This document shows, piece by piece, positions 1 through 9,200 of a stretch of 64,000 nucleotides of DNA. Numbering within the stretch: position 1 is the first letter of the stretch; each line of letters begins with the position of its first letter. The position numbers and the translations under genes were made by a program. The stretch is from an uncultured Gemmatimonadaceae bacterium (lineage in GTDB: Bacteria > Gemmatimonadota > Gemmatimonadetes > Gemmatimonadales > Gemmatimonadaceae): assembly GCA_963740355.1 (NCBI GenBank), contig CAVUDW010000003.1, forward strand, positions 128,001 to 192,000. Reading direction: 5' to 3'. The notes under the pieces were generated by a model. It saw only the letters and a program-made list of their open reading frames with translations, did not search any database and had not been told where the DNA came from.

Positions 1-67
1 GCGGCCAGTTTCCGGCGATCTCTGCGCCGCCGGCGTGATAGTTGGGCTGGATGAAGACGAGACGCAT
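1..67 (-). CDS. bchE: Anaerobic Mg-protoporphyrin IX monomethyl ester oxidative cyclase (B12-dependent radical SAM), N-terminal 22 codons only; runs off the window
   Basis: Reverse complement of 67..1 translates to [22 protein letters not shown], the characteristic BchE N-terminus ([16 protein letters not shown]); AGGAG ribosome-binding site just upstream; not in the ORF track. Confidence 0.85.
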   Translation of the reverse strand, partial: MRLVFIQPNYHAGGAEIAGNWP

Positions 68-132
68 GGAATCTCCTGGTGAGGGTGTGCTGGACTGACC
101 AGTGCACATTGCCCTCACATGCCGCGCTCGAC

Positions 133-174
133 TATCGGGGAAAAACGCTCTCCGTTGTCAGGAATCGCAGGACT
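133..174. promoter_or_regulatory. Degenerate tandem copies of the TGTCAGG-N5-CCTGACA operator-like motif upstream of bchE
   Basis: TATCGGG at 133-139 and TGTCAGG-AATCG-CAGGACT at 156-174, 23 bp apart, the same spacing as at 4594/4617. Confidence 0.4.
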
Positions 175-700
175 AGCGGCGCGGCGTTTCTCGGTTCTCT
201 TCCCGGCGGTCGCGATCGTCGCGCGGCCCCTCGGTGTGCGCGCGGCCACCCGTGCGCCAGTTCGAGACTGACGGCGCGTCCGCCTCGAGGGAGCGGAGGT
301 AGCGCACCAGTCGGTCGATTTCCTGCGGCGTGAATGGTCCGCCGAGGTCGACGTGATAGGCGCTCATCATGGTGCCGGGGATTCCACCGGCCACCAGCCA
401 GTAGAGCTGTTGATCGCTGGTGGTGTTGAGGAATTCGCGCGAGCCGAGTGTGGGTGCGACACCACCCCCGCTCGCATTGGGACCGTGACAGGCGGCACAG
501 TGCCGGCTGAAGGCTTCGCTGCCAAGCGCGATGGATTCCTTTTCCGCCGACTCGCGCGCCGCCTGCCGCCGCGCGGGCTCACCGATGCGATAGAGCGGGA
601 ATGCGACGATCAGGAGCGCCATGCAGCAGAGCCCGACGATGTAGTGGCGGTCGAGGCTCCGTTCCAGCGCTGGTGAGTCGAGTGGACGCGGCGTAGGCAT
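173..700 (-). CDS. Membrane-anchored mono-haem cytochrome c
   Basis: N-terminal TM helix, CAACH haem motif, distal Met in PGTMMSAY; ATG at 700 follows the Rieske stop at 702. Confidence 0.85.
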   Translation of the reverse strand: MPTPRPLDSPALERSLDRHYIVGLCCMALLIVAFPLYRIGEPARRQAARESAEKESIALGSEAFSRHCAACHGPNASGGGVAPTLGSREFLNTTSDQQLYWLVAGGIPGTMMSAYHVDLGGPFTPQEIDRLVRYLRSLEADAPSVSNWRTGGRAHTEGPRDDRDRREENRETPRR

Positions 701-701
701 G

Positions 702-1202
702 TCAGCCGACGACGTCGTTGCTGCAGACACCACCGCGGCCGGGCGTGTCGAAGCGGCGGGCACCGATGGCCGGCCCTTCCACTGGCTCAGCGAGGTTCAC
801 CACCACCTTCCCGTTTTCGATGGTGATCGGATACCGATCCATGCCACGCGGTGCCGGACCAGAGATATGCTCGCCCGCCATGTTGTAGATCGACCCATGG
901 CAGGGACACTCGAACCGGCCGCTCCCTTCACAGAACGGGACGCGACATCCGAGATGTGGACACTTCTGCGAAATGGCGAAGAGCTCACCCTTGGCGCGTG
1001 TGACGTAGAGGTGGCCCTCGCGCACGAAGGTCGCGCTGCCTTCCGGATAGGCGTCTTCCGGGCGCAGCAGCAGCTTGCCCGTGCCATCGAGGCTGGCGAG
1101 CGGCGCGAGGGCCTCGTAACTCGTCCATGCTGCGGCAGTGGCCAGAAGCCCGGTCCCCATCATCCAGGCACTCTTGAGGGTCTCGCGTCGCGTTGGACTC
1201 AT
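702..1202 (-). CDS. Rieske [2Fe-2S] protein of a Rieske/cytochrome b complex
   Basis: CPHLGC and CPCHGS boxes, Tat-like TRRETLK anchor, GPAPRG motif. Confidence 0.93.
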   Translation of the reverse strand: MSPTRRETLKSAWMMGTGLLATAAAWTSYEALAPLASLDGTGKLLLRPEDAYPEGSATFVREGHLYVTRAKGELFAISQKCPHLGCRVPFCEGSGRFECPCHGSIYNMAGEHISGPAPRGMDRYPITIENGKVVVNLAEPVEGPAIGARRFDTPGRGGVCSNDVVG

Positions 1203-1205
1203 CTG

Positions 1206-2480
1206 TTATGGCTCGAAGTAGAGGTGCTGCCACGGCAGGACGAACGCCCATCCTGGACCGCGGAACAACGCACCGATGATCGTGAGGACGACAGCCGTCA
1301 CGCCAACCACCATGAAGATCGAAATGGCTACACGGCGATCGCCGGGCAGGTACGCTGGATCGCGGTCGACGTAGGGCAGCGCCGCGAGCAGGAAAAGCAA
1401 TGCCGCCGGCGCCAGCACACCTGCCACCAGCGGATCGAAGTGCGCCAGTAATTCCTGGATGCCGACGAAGTACCACGGCGCCTTGGCTGGCTCAGGCGTC
1501 AGGTTTGCATTCGCGTGCTCCCGCAGCGGCGCATCGAAGAACACGCCCATCGCCAGCACAAGTGCGACCGTTGCCAGCGCGACCACCTGGTGCCGGATCA
1601 GCAGGTGTGGCCACGTGAACACCTCGTACTCCGGTGCGCGCGCGTGCGCCGCCATCGACGGTGATTCCACTTCACCAAGCAGCCGCACCCGTGGCGGCTC
1701 GACGGCCGACTGCTGGTCCGGGCTGGCCTCGGGCTCCGCATCGCCGACGATCCCGGACGGGGCAAAGCCATCCTTGCGCACACGCCAGATGTGCACCGAG
1801 AGCACCACCGAAAAGACTGCCGTCAGCACGGCGATGTGCAGCACGTAGAAGCGGAGCAGCGCCGACTGTCCGATGGTGGCACCGCCGAGGAGGACGTCGC
1901 GCATCCAGCCGCCGATCACTGGGACGTAGTGCACCAGGTCCGATCCGACGGTCACTGCCCAATAGGCGAGCTGGTCCCACGGCAGGAGGTAGCCGGTGAA
2001 CGAATAGACGAGTGTGATCACCAGCAGCGCGACACCGATGACCCAGTTGAACTCGCGTGGCTTCTTGTAGGCGCCGTCCCAGAAGACACGCGCCATGTGG
2101 AGCACGACCACCAGCACCATCAGGTGCGCGCTCCAGCGATGCACATTGCGAATCAGCTGTCCGAAGCCGACCATCGTCTTCAACCGCTGCATATCGCCGT
2201 AGGCCATCGTGACGGCCGGCGTATAGAAGAACATCAGGTAGGTGCCGGTCACCAACAACACGCCGAACAGCACCGTCGCGATGAACCCCAGCCGGTACGT
2301 ACTGCGGAGGGCGAGGATCCGAACCGGCACACGGACCGGATAGACATGCAGGAACACGTTGCCGAAGGCGCGCTGCGCGCGGCCGCGCGGCGAGTCGATT
2401 GGCGGAGTGCGCACCACGGAGCGATACAGCGCCGTGGCCTGCGCGCGTTCACGCCACGATAGGCGCGGAGTGTCAGACAC
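1206..2480 (-). CDS. Cytochrome b (b6-like N-domain fused to subunit IV-like domain)
   Basis: VHRW...LHMAR and LH...VH haem-ligand His pairs, GYLLPWDQLAYWA motif, KAPWYF at the PEWY position; GTG start at 2480 overlaps the upstream stop. Confidence 0.92.
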   Translation of the reverse strand: MSDTPRLSWRERAQATALYRSVVRTPPIDSPRGRAQRAFGNVFLHVYPVRVPVRILALRSTYRLGFIATVLFGVLLVTGTYLMFFYTPAVTMAYGDMQRLKTMVGFGQLIRNVHRWSAHLMVLVVVLHMARVFWDGAYKKPREFNWVIGVALLVITLVYSFTGYLLPWDQLAYWAVTVGSDLVHYVPVIGGWMRDVLLGGATIGQSALLRFYVLHIAVLTAVFSVVLSVHIWRVRKDGFAPSGIVGDAEPEASPDQQSAVEPPRVRLLGEVESPSMAAHARAPEYEVFTWPHLLIRHQVVALATVALVLAMGVFFDAPLREHANANLTPEPAKAPWYFVGIQELLAHFDPLVAGVLAPAALLFLLAALPYVDRDPAYLPGDRRVAISIFMVVGVTAVVLTIIGALFRGPGWAFVLPWQHLYFEP

Positions 2481-4230
2481 GGATGAGGTCCAGTGCGTGC
2501 GGAGGGCACCGATCGACACAGAGACCACACCGGATGCAGGCAGTCTCGTCGAGGGTCAGGGCAAAACGTCCAGCGTCCGCGGCAGCGACGTTGCCGTCGG
2601 CAACCTCGGCAAGCGAGATGCATCCATACGGGCAGACATCGACGCAGAGCGCGCAGGCAATGCAGCGCGGCGCATCGAGCACGATGTGCGTATCGCAGAG
2701 GAGGCACCGCGACGCCTCGCGCCGTGCGTCCTTGAGGGTCAGGACTTCTTCCACTTCCGAGTCCTGCGCCCGAGCGACGACGGGCAGCACCGGCAACTCG
2801 CGACGCGAAATGATGTCGTAGCCACTGTAGTAGCGTCGTTCGAGCGCGAGCGGCGTGATCGAAACCTGGCCAGTGGCCGCGGCAATCGGTTCGCCCGGCG
2901 CAGGTAACCAGGGCCCGGCGCACGACAGCTCCTGGCGAATGGTGTGCGCCGCCCGCTTGCCCGAGGCGATCGCATCGATCAAGTCACCGGGGCCGCTGCT
3001 CAAATCGCCGGCGGCGAAGATTCGCGGATGCGAGGTGCGCCCATCACGGCCCGCCACGACACCACCCCACCCGCCGCCCGAGAGACCAAGCTCGGCACTG
3101 AGGAACGACACATCCGACTGCTGCCCAACGGCGAGGATGACCGTGCCGACCTCGAAGGTTTCATCTCGACCCTCCTGCAGCGTAGGGCGAAAGCGGCCCT
3201 GCTCGTCGTGCAGCGACGCCACCGGCGCCACGACGACCCGCAACCCGTCCCGCGCCGCTTCGATCCGCCGGACGCCACTCCCAGCGCGTACGACGACGCC
3301 TTCCAGCCGCGCCTCATGCAGCTCCTCGACGGGTACCGGCAGGGATTCGAGCGCCTCCGGCGCCACCAGTTGCACAGCAGCTCTGGCGAGCGGATTCGCC
3401 GACGCGTCACCGAACAGCACGGCCAGGCGCTGCGCCGATCGCGCGGCGTCGAACGCGACGCTTCCACCGCCCACGATCAACGCCGGCAGCACGATCGACG
3501 TCACTGTGTCTGCGTTGAACTCGCGCAGGAAATCCACCGCGCGAATGACACCGGGCAACTCGCCGCCAGGCACGGGCAACTGGCGTCCCCGCGCACATCC
3601 CACCGTGAGCAACACACGCTCGTGCGCCGCGAGCAGGTCATCGAAAGATTTGTCGACGCCGATCCGGCAGTGCGTCACCAACTCGATCCCGAGCGACAGC
3701 AGCGCGGCGATCTCCTGACGCACCAACGCGCGGGGTAACCGAAAAGCGGGGATTCCCGTCAGGAGCATGCCACCGGCCTCATCTCCACTTTCGTAGAGTG
3801 TCACCGCATGACCAGCCAGCCGCAGTTCCGACGCGGCGGCGAGGCCCGCCGGCCCAGCACCGACGATCCCGATCGAAGGACGCGACACCGGGGGAATCGG
3901 TCCATGCGCCAGATGCCATCGCGAGGCAGTACCAGCCTCGACGCCACCGTGCTCGCAAATCACACGTTTCAGCGCGCGAATGGCGATCGGCGCGTCGATC
4001 ACACCGCGACGGCACGCCTTTTCGCAGGGAGCCGAACACACATGTCCGCAGACGCTCGGAAATGGATTGTGCGCACGCGCCAGGTCATAGGCGTCCGTGA
4101 GGCGCCCGTCAGCCACCGCTTGCACGTATCCCGCTGCATCCGTCCCGACCGGGCACGCAACGCGACACGACACGTTGCCCGCGAACCATGCAGCATCCGG
4201 TACCTGCGCAGCCGTCGACAGGCGCATCAT
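2473..4230 (-). CDS. NAD(P)H-dependent Fe-S flavoprotein (GltD/NfnB/DsrL-like) with C-terminal 2x[4Fe-4S] ferredoxin domain
   Basis: CRVACP and CGHVCSAPCEKAC cluster motifs, GAGPAG (FAD), GGGSVA (pyridine nucleotide), AAGD, EASRCLLC, CIACALCVDVCP and CIRCGLCVDRCP. Confidence 0.9.
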   Translation of the reverse strand: MMRLSTAAQVPDAAWFAGNVSCRVACPVGTDAAGYVQAVADGRLTDAYDLARAHNPFPSVCGHVCSAPCEKACRRGVIDAPIAIRALKRVICEHGGVEAGTASRWHLAHGPIPPVSRPSIGIVGAGPAGLAAASELRLAGHAVTLYESGDEAGGMLLTGIPAFRLPRALVRQEIAALLSLGIELVTHCRIGVDKSFDDLLAAHERVLLTVGCARGRQLPVPGGELPGVIRAVDFLREFNADTVTSIVLPALIVGGGSVAFDAARSAQRLAVLFGDASANPLARAAVQLVAPEALESLPVPVEELHEARLEGVVVRAGSGVRRIEAARDGLRVVVAPVASLHDEQGRFRPTLQEGRDETFEVGTVILAVGQQSDVSFLSAELGLSGGGWGGVVAGRDGRTSHPRIFAAGDLSSGPGDLIDAIASGKRAAHTIRQELSCAGPWLPAPGEPIAAATGQVSITPLALERRYYSGYDIISRRELPVLPVVARAQDSEVEEVLTLKDARREASRCLLCDTHIVLDAPRCIACALCVDVCPYGCISLAEVADGNVAAADAGRFALTLDETACIRCGLCVDRCPPHALDLIRV

Positions 4231-4559
4231 CGATCGGGGCGCATCGCAGAGGGCGCCGGCGTCGCAGGGGCGCGACCGAGGCGCGACGCAACCGCCAGCA
4301 GCCCGATCGACATCACCGCAATCCAGCTGGTAGCGATTCCGACGCGCACTGATCGGCTGACGGCCGGAATACGGGTCAGAATCCAGTGCGGGACAAGCAG
4401 CAGGAGCAGTGTCAGCAGCAGGCCAACCGCCAGGCCGATCGCAATCGCCGTGATCCAGCGACGCTGAGGGACAGGCAATTCGATGTGCGCCGAATTCCCA
4501 CCGTTCCGGGCAGGCTCAGCCACACGTCTCGCGTCTTCTGACGTCACATGATCGCTCAT
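4227..4559 (-). CDS. Small two-TM membrane protein, first gene of the flavoprotein-Rieske operon
   Basis: Two hydrophobic helices; stop overlaps the flavoprotein start (ATGA coupling). Confidence 0.6.
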   Translation of the reverse strand: MSDHVTSEDARRVAEPARNGGNSAHIELPVPQRRWITAIAIGLAVGLLLTLLLLLVPHWILTRIPAVSRSVRVGIATSWIAVMSIGLLAVASRLGRAPATPAPSAMRPDR

Positions 4560-4593
4560 GTGACACAGGATGCACGTCCGTGTATCGAGCGTC

Positions 4594-4635
4594 CGTCAGG
4601 GATTACACGGAAAAGACGTCAGGCCTCGCCCGACA
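4594..4635. promoter_or_regulatory. Operator-like palindrome upstream of the flavoprotein-Rieske operon
   Basis: CGTCAGG-CCTCG-CCCGACA at 4617-4635 plus a second CGTCAGG half-site at 4594-4600. Confidence 0.65.
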
Positions 4636-4655
4636 ACAGGCGCGCTCAGCGGCAA

Positions 4656-5726
4656 CTACCGGACGGCAACTCCCTCAGAGGCCTGCTTTTCCCGACTCAG
4701 GTCGGTCCGCAACTGGTCGCGCAGGCCATTCACGGCGCGCCCGCGAATGTTGAGGATGCCTCCGCGCGGGAGATTGTCGAATCGGAATCGCCGCTCCACC
4801 ACCACGTACGTCGACCCGGACGCGCCATCGCCGTCGCGATCGATCACACTCATGACCTCGAGTGCGGCCTCGAAGTAGTGGTTCGCGTAGATCTGCTTCG
4901 ACGTGACCACGGTCGTGCCGCTGAGTTCAGGCGGCGTGTACACGACCGCATGTGTCACGCTGAGGATGGGCCGCAACCGGGCCACCGCGTCCTCCGACCA
5001 GTACAGCACGTCGGATACACCACCGGGTCGTCCCCGGGGGAAGGTCTTGAGATATGATGCGATCGCAGGCGCAGCCTGATTGAGAAAGCTCGACTGTGCC
5101 AGGACTGCGACGAAAGCATCGCTGGCCCGAATGCTGGGGCGATCGTCATAGATCGGCATGGATGCATTGCCGTGATCGCGGTACTCCTCGACATACGTCA
5201 CCAGTCGCTGGCGGGCGATCGCGGTGATCCGCGCCTGCAGATCGTTCGCTGACCAATCGACCTCATCTTGCAGCTTCTGCATCGCCGTCGCGGGCAACTT
5301 CGTTGTGCAGTCTCCGGGCCGACACTTCCGCAGGTCGTTGGCGTCCTGCTTCGTGACCACCACCCCGTCCACATCGCGCAGCACGGCGGGATCACTGAAG
5401 ATCCCGAATCGCGTGCGTGTTGGCGTCCGAAGCCAGCTGCGGAAGTCCTGCACGCGTCGCAGGAAGACGTCACGCGAGACGTTCATGCGCACGATGCCGA
5501 ACACCGCCACGTCGCGCTGGTCCTGCGTCGGAACGACGCGCACCAGGACCTCTCCACGCTCGACGGTGGTGGCTTCAGCTGAATCGAGTCGGATCCCATG
5601 GCGTTGCAACGCAGCGACGGCAGACGGGACCTGCGCCCGCAGCGGAACGACCAGCGCTACGCCCACACACCAGAACAGCCCCAAGCGTCGTGCGCGTTTC
5701 ATCAATGTCATGAGCGAGGTAAGCAC
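4656..5726 (-). CDS. Secreted/periplasmic hypothetical protein
   Basis: 356-aa ORF with signal-peptide-like N-terminus (true start may be ATG 5702 or 5711) and a CRPGDC cysteine pair. Confidence 0.7.
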   Translation of the reverse strand: MLTSLMTLMKRARRLGLFWCVGVALVVPLRAQVPSAVAALQRHGIRLDSAEATTVERGEVLVRVVPTQDQRDVAVFGIVRMNVSRDVFLRRVQDFRSWLRTPTRTRFGIFSDPAVLRDVDGVVVTKQDANDLRKCRPGDCTTKLPATAMQKLQDEVDWSANDLQARITAIARQRLVTYVEEYRDHGNASMPIYDDRPSIRASDAFVAVLAQSSFLNQAAPAIASYLKTFPRGRPGGVSDVLYWSEDAVARLRPILSVTHAVVYTPPELSGTTVVTSKQIYANHYFEAALEVMSVIDRDGDGASGSTYVVVERRFRFDNLPRGGILNIRGRAVNGLRDQLRTDLSREKQASEGVAVR

Positions 5727-5930
5727 AAACCGTTGAAGTCGTCGAAGTGACCGCTTTCAGCACGTAGCAATCTGGGCAGGTGCGCAGCCGCGCGCCAATC
5801 CTGTTACGCGGCACCCTTCGTGCAAACACGACAATTGTGCGGTGGAGTTCGGTGCACTCGTCCCCATTCGGTATATAGCGGTGTACCACTCCGTGCAGCA
5901 CACGCGCCCGCGTGCTGCGCGACGCAGTCG

Positions 5931-5958
5931 GCCCTGTGCTCACCAGCCCTGTGCTCAC
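5931..5958. repeat. 13-bp direct repeat GCCCTGTGCTCAC x2 with a 2-bp spacer
   Basis: Copies at 5931-5943 and 5946-5958, read directly. Confidence 0.8.
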
Positions 5959-5993
5959 GCGCTGCGTCCACGAACCTTTCAAGAATACGTCAC

Positions 5994-6143
5994 ATGCTCA
6001 ATACGATTGTCATCATCCTGGTCGTCCTTTGGCTGCTCGGCATGCTGAGCGCCTACACCATGGGCGGGTTGATCCACATCCTGCTGGTGGTCGCCATCGT
6101 CGTCGTGCTCGTCCGCGTGATTCAGGGACGGAAACCGATTTGA
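5994..6143 (+). CDS. lmo0937-family (DUF5670-like) small membrane protein
   Basis: MLNTIVIILVVLWLLG...GGLIHILLVVAIVVVL family pattern, 49 aa. Confidence 0.85.
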   Translation: MLNTIVIILVVLWLLGMLSAYTMGGLIHILLVVAIVVVLVRVIQGRKPI

Positions 6144-6234
6144 GGCAAGGGCACGCTGTGTCAGCACGGTATCGAGGGGCCCCACGGCCTGACCGGATTC
6201 GCGTGGCACTGAACGACATGTCGCTGCGTCGCAC

Positions 6235-9200
6235 ATGAGCACGCGAGCGGAGCGCTCCCGTGCCGAGGCGGCTGACGAACTCCTCACCGGACCAATCGTC
6301 GGTGAGCTGCTGGGTGCTGATCACCTGGCGGCGCGCGCTCGCGCGGTTGCGCGCGGGCAGCGTCTCGTCACGACCCAGACGCCGTTACGGCCCGCACGCC
6401 TGCTGGCGCGCCTGGCCGATACACGACGCATCCTGACCGATGCGCAGGCAAGGCTGATCAGCGCCGCCGCCGCCGGAGTGGATGCCGGGCCAGCCGCAGA
6501 ATGGCTGCTCGACAACTACTACGTGGTGCAGGAGCACCTCCAGGAAGTGCGCGCCAGCCTTCCCGGAGGCTACTACCGTGAATTGCCGGAGCTGGCCACA
6601 GGTCCGCTCACAGGCTATCCGCGCGTCTACGAAATGGCGATCTCGCTCATTTCGCACACGGAAGCACGCGTCGACCTCGAGAATGTCGACCTGTATGTCG
6701 AGTCGTTCCAGAGTGTGACACCGCTCTCGCTTGGTGAGCTCTGGGCGATGCCGGCGATGCTGCGCCTGGGCCTGATCGAAAGCGTGCGGCGGATGACGCT
6801 GCGAACGATGCAGCGGCTCGATGAAATCGGGCTCGCGACGCTCTGGTCGGACCGCATCCTGGACGCCAGTGCACGCGGGGGCACCCCGCTGCGTGAAGCG
6901 CTGCGCGAGTTCGCCGACGCCGAACATGAACTGACGCCGCACTTCGTCTCCCGCTTCCTGCAGCTGCTGCGCCAGACCGAGGGTGCATCACCGCCGCTGG
7001 CCTGGCTCGAGCACTGGATGCGGGACGCCGGTGTCAGTCCGGAGACCGCGGTCGCACAGTCGACCCATCGTGTGACGCTGACGCAGATCATGATGGCCAA
7101 CAGCATCACGAGCCTGCGGGACATCGGACGCCGGGACTGGCGGATCTTCGTCGAGAAGCAGAGCGTGATGGAGACGGTGCTGCAGACCGATCCGTCGGGC
7201 CACTATCCGGTGATGACGTTCGCGACACGCGATCGCTATCGGCATGTGGTCGAGCGGATCGCGAAGAAGACCGGGCACCGTGAGACCTCCGTGGCGCAGT
7301 GGGCGATCGATCTCGCCCGCAGCCCAGTGTCTGATGCGAACGCACCGCTGGCGGATGTCCGCACACATGTCGGCTATTTCCTGATCGATGCCGGCGTCAC
7401 GGAGCTCGAGCGCGTCGCCGGGTATACGCCAACGCTGGGCGAGCGCATCGAACGCGCCGTGCACACCTACCCGAACGTGGTCTTTCTGGGTGGGCTGGGC
7501 ACGCTGGTGCTGCTCGCCACATCGTTCGTCCTGCTGCTGGTCGAACCGGATGCGCGGGAATCGATCTGGCTGCTGTTGCTGCTGGCCTTCCTGCCGGCAC
7601 TCGACATCGCAGTCACGATCCTCAATCAGCTCGTGACGGCCTTGCTGCCGCCGGATACGCTGCCGCGCCTCGACCTGTATACCAACGGCGTGCCCGCCGC
7701 GTACCGCACCGCGGTGGTCATTCCGACGTTGTTCGGCAGTGTGGGTGACGTGCACGACGCACTCGAGACCCTCGAAGTCCAGTTCCTCGCCAATCGCGAG
7801 GCGCACCTGCACTTTGCAATCCTCAGCGATTTCACCGACGCGGTGACGGAGACGACGGCGGCAGACGATGCCATCCTCGACGCCGCCCTCACCGGGATCC
7901 AGGAGCTGAACGATCGCCATGTGCACGAGCGGCACGTCGATGATGGCATCGGCCCCTTCCATCTCCTGCATCGTCCCCGGAAGTGGAATGCCCACGAAGG
8001 GGTGTGGATGGGCTGGGAGCGGAAGCGCGGCAAGCTGTCCGACTTCAATCGACTGGTGCGCGGCGAGTCGCTGAGCGCCTTCACGGTGATCGCTGGTGAC
8101 ACGAACGCCCTGATGGGTGTGAAGTACGTCATCACGCTCGACTCTGACACGGTGTTGCCGCCGGATGCGGCACCGTCACTGGTCGGCGCGATGGCGCATC
8201 CACTCAACCGAGCCGTCTACGACGCAAAGCGTGGCATGGTGCGCGGGTACGGCATCCTGCAGCCACGCGTGAGTGTGTCGCTTCCCAGTGCGCACCGTTC
8301 ACGTTTTGCGGCCATCGCCTCGGGCCATCCGGGTGTGGACCCGTATTCGACGGCCGTTTCGGATGTCTACCAGGACTTGTACGGCGAGGGCACGTTCACC
8401 GGCAAGGGGATCTACGACGTCGATGCGTTTCAGGTGGCAACGCACGGCCGCTTCCCCGAGAACACGCTGCTGTCGCACGACCTGATCGAGGGGAACTACG
8501 CGCGCGCCGGGCTCGCGACCGACGTGATCGTCTATGACGACTATCCGACGACCTATGTCGCGGCGACGCGGCGCAAGCACCGATGGATTCGAGGAGACTG
8601 GCAGTTGCTGCCGTGGCTCAGTCGCACGGTGCCCGGCCCGGACGGACCGGAGCGCAACCGGCTCTCGCTGGTGTCGCAGTGGAAGATCGTCGACAACCTG
8701 CGCCGCAGCACGGTCGAAATTGCACAGCTGATCTTTCTGGTGGGTGGCTGGACCCTGTTGCCCGGCTCCGCACTGCGCTGGACGCTTCTGGGCCTGGGTG
8801 CCATCGTCGCACCGTGGGTCACGGCACTGATCATCGCCGTGCTCAGGCCACCGCTCGACAAGTCATGGCGCGCGTACTACGAGGCGGTGGCGCAAGACGC
8901 CGTGGTGAGCCTCGAGCAAGCGCTGATTGCGATCCTCACCCTCCCGCATCAGGCGCTGGTGTCGGCCGATGCAATCTTTCGCACGCTGTATCGCCTGCTG
9001 GTCTCGCATCGGAAGATGCTGGAGTGGCAGTCGGCATCGTTGGTCGAGAAGTCGCTGACCGACATCAGTGCCATCACCCACCGTGCGATGCGCGCGAGTG
9101 TGCTGCTTTCCGGTTTCGGCATGCTGATGGTCGCAGCCAATGCGATTCGGCGCCAGCAGCAGCTCGGCTTGCCGCTGAGTGGGCTGGAAATGACGGCGTT

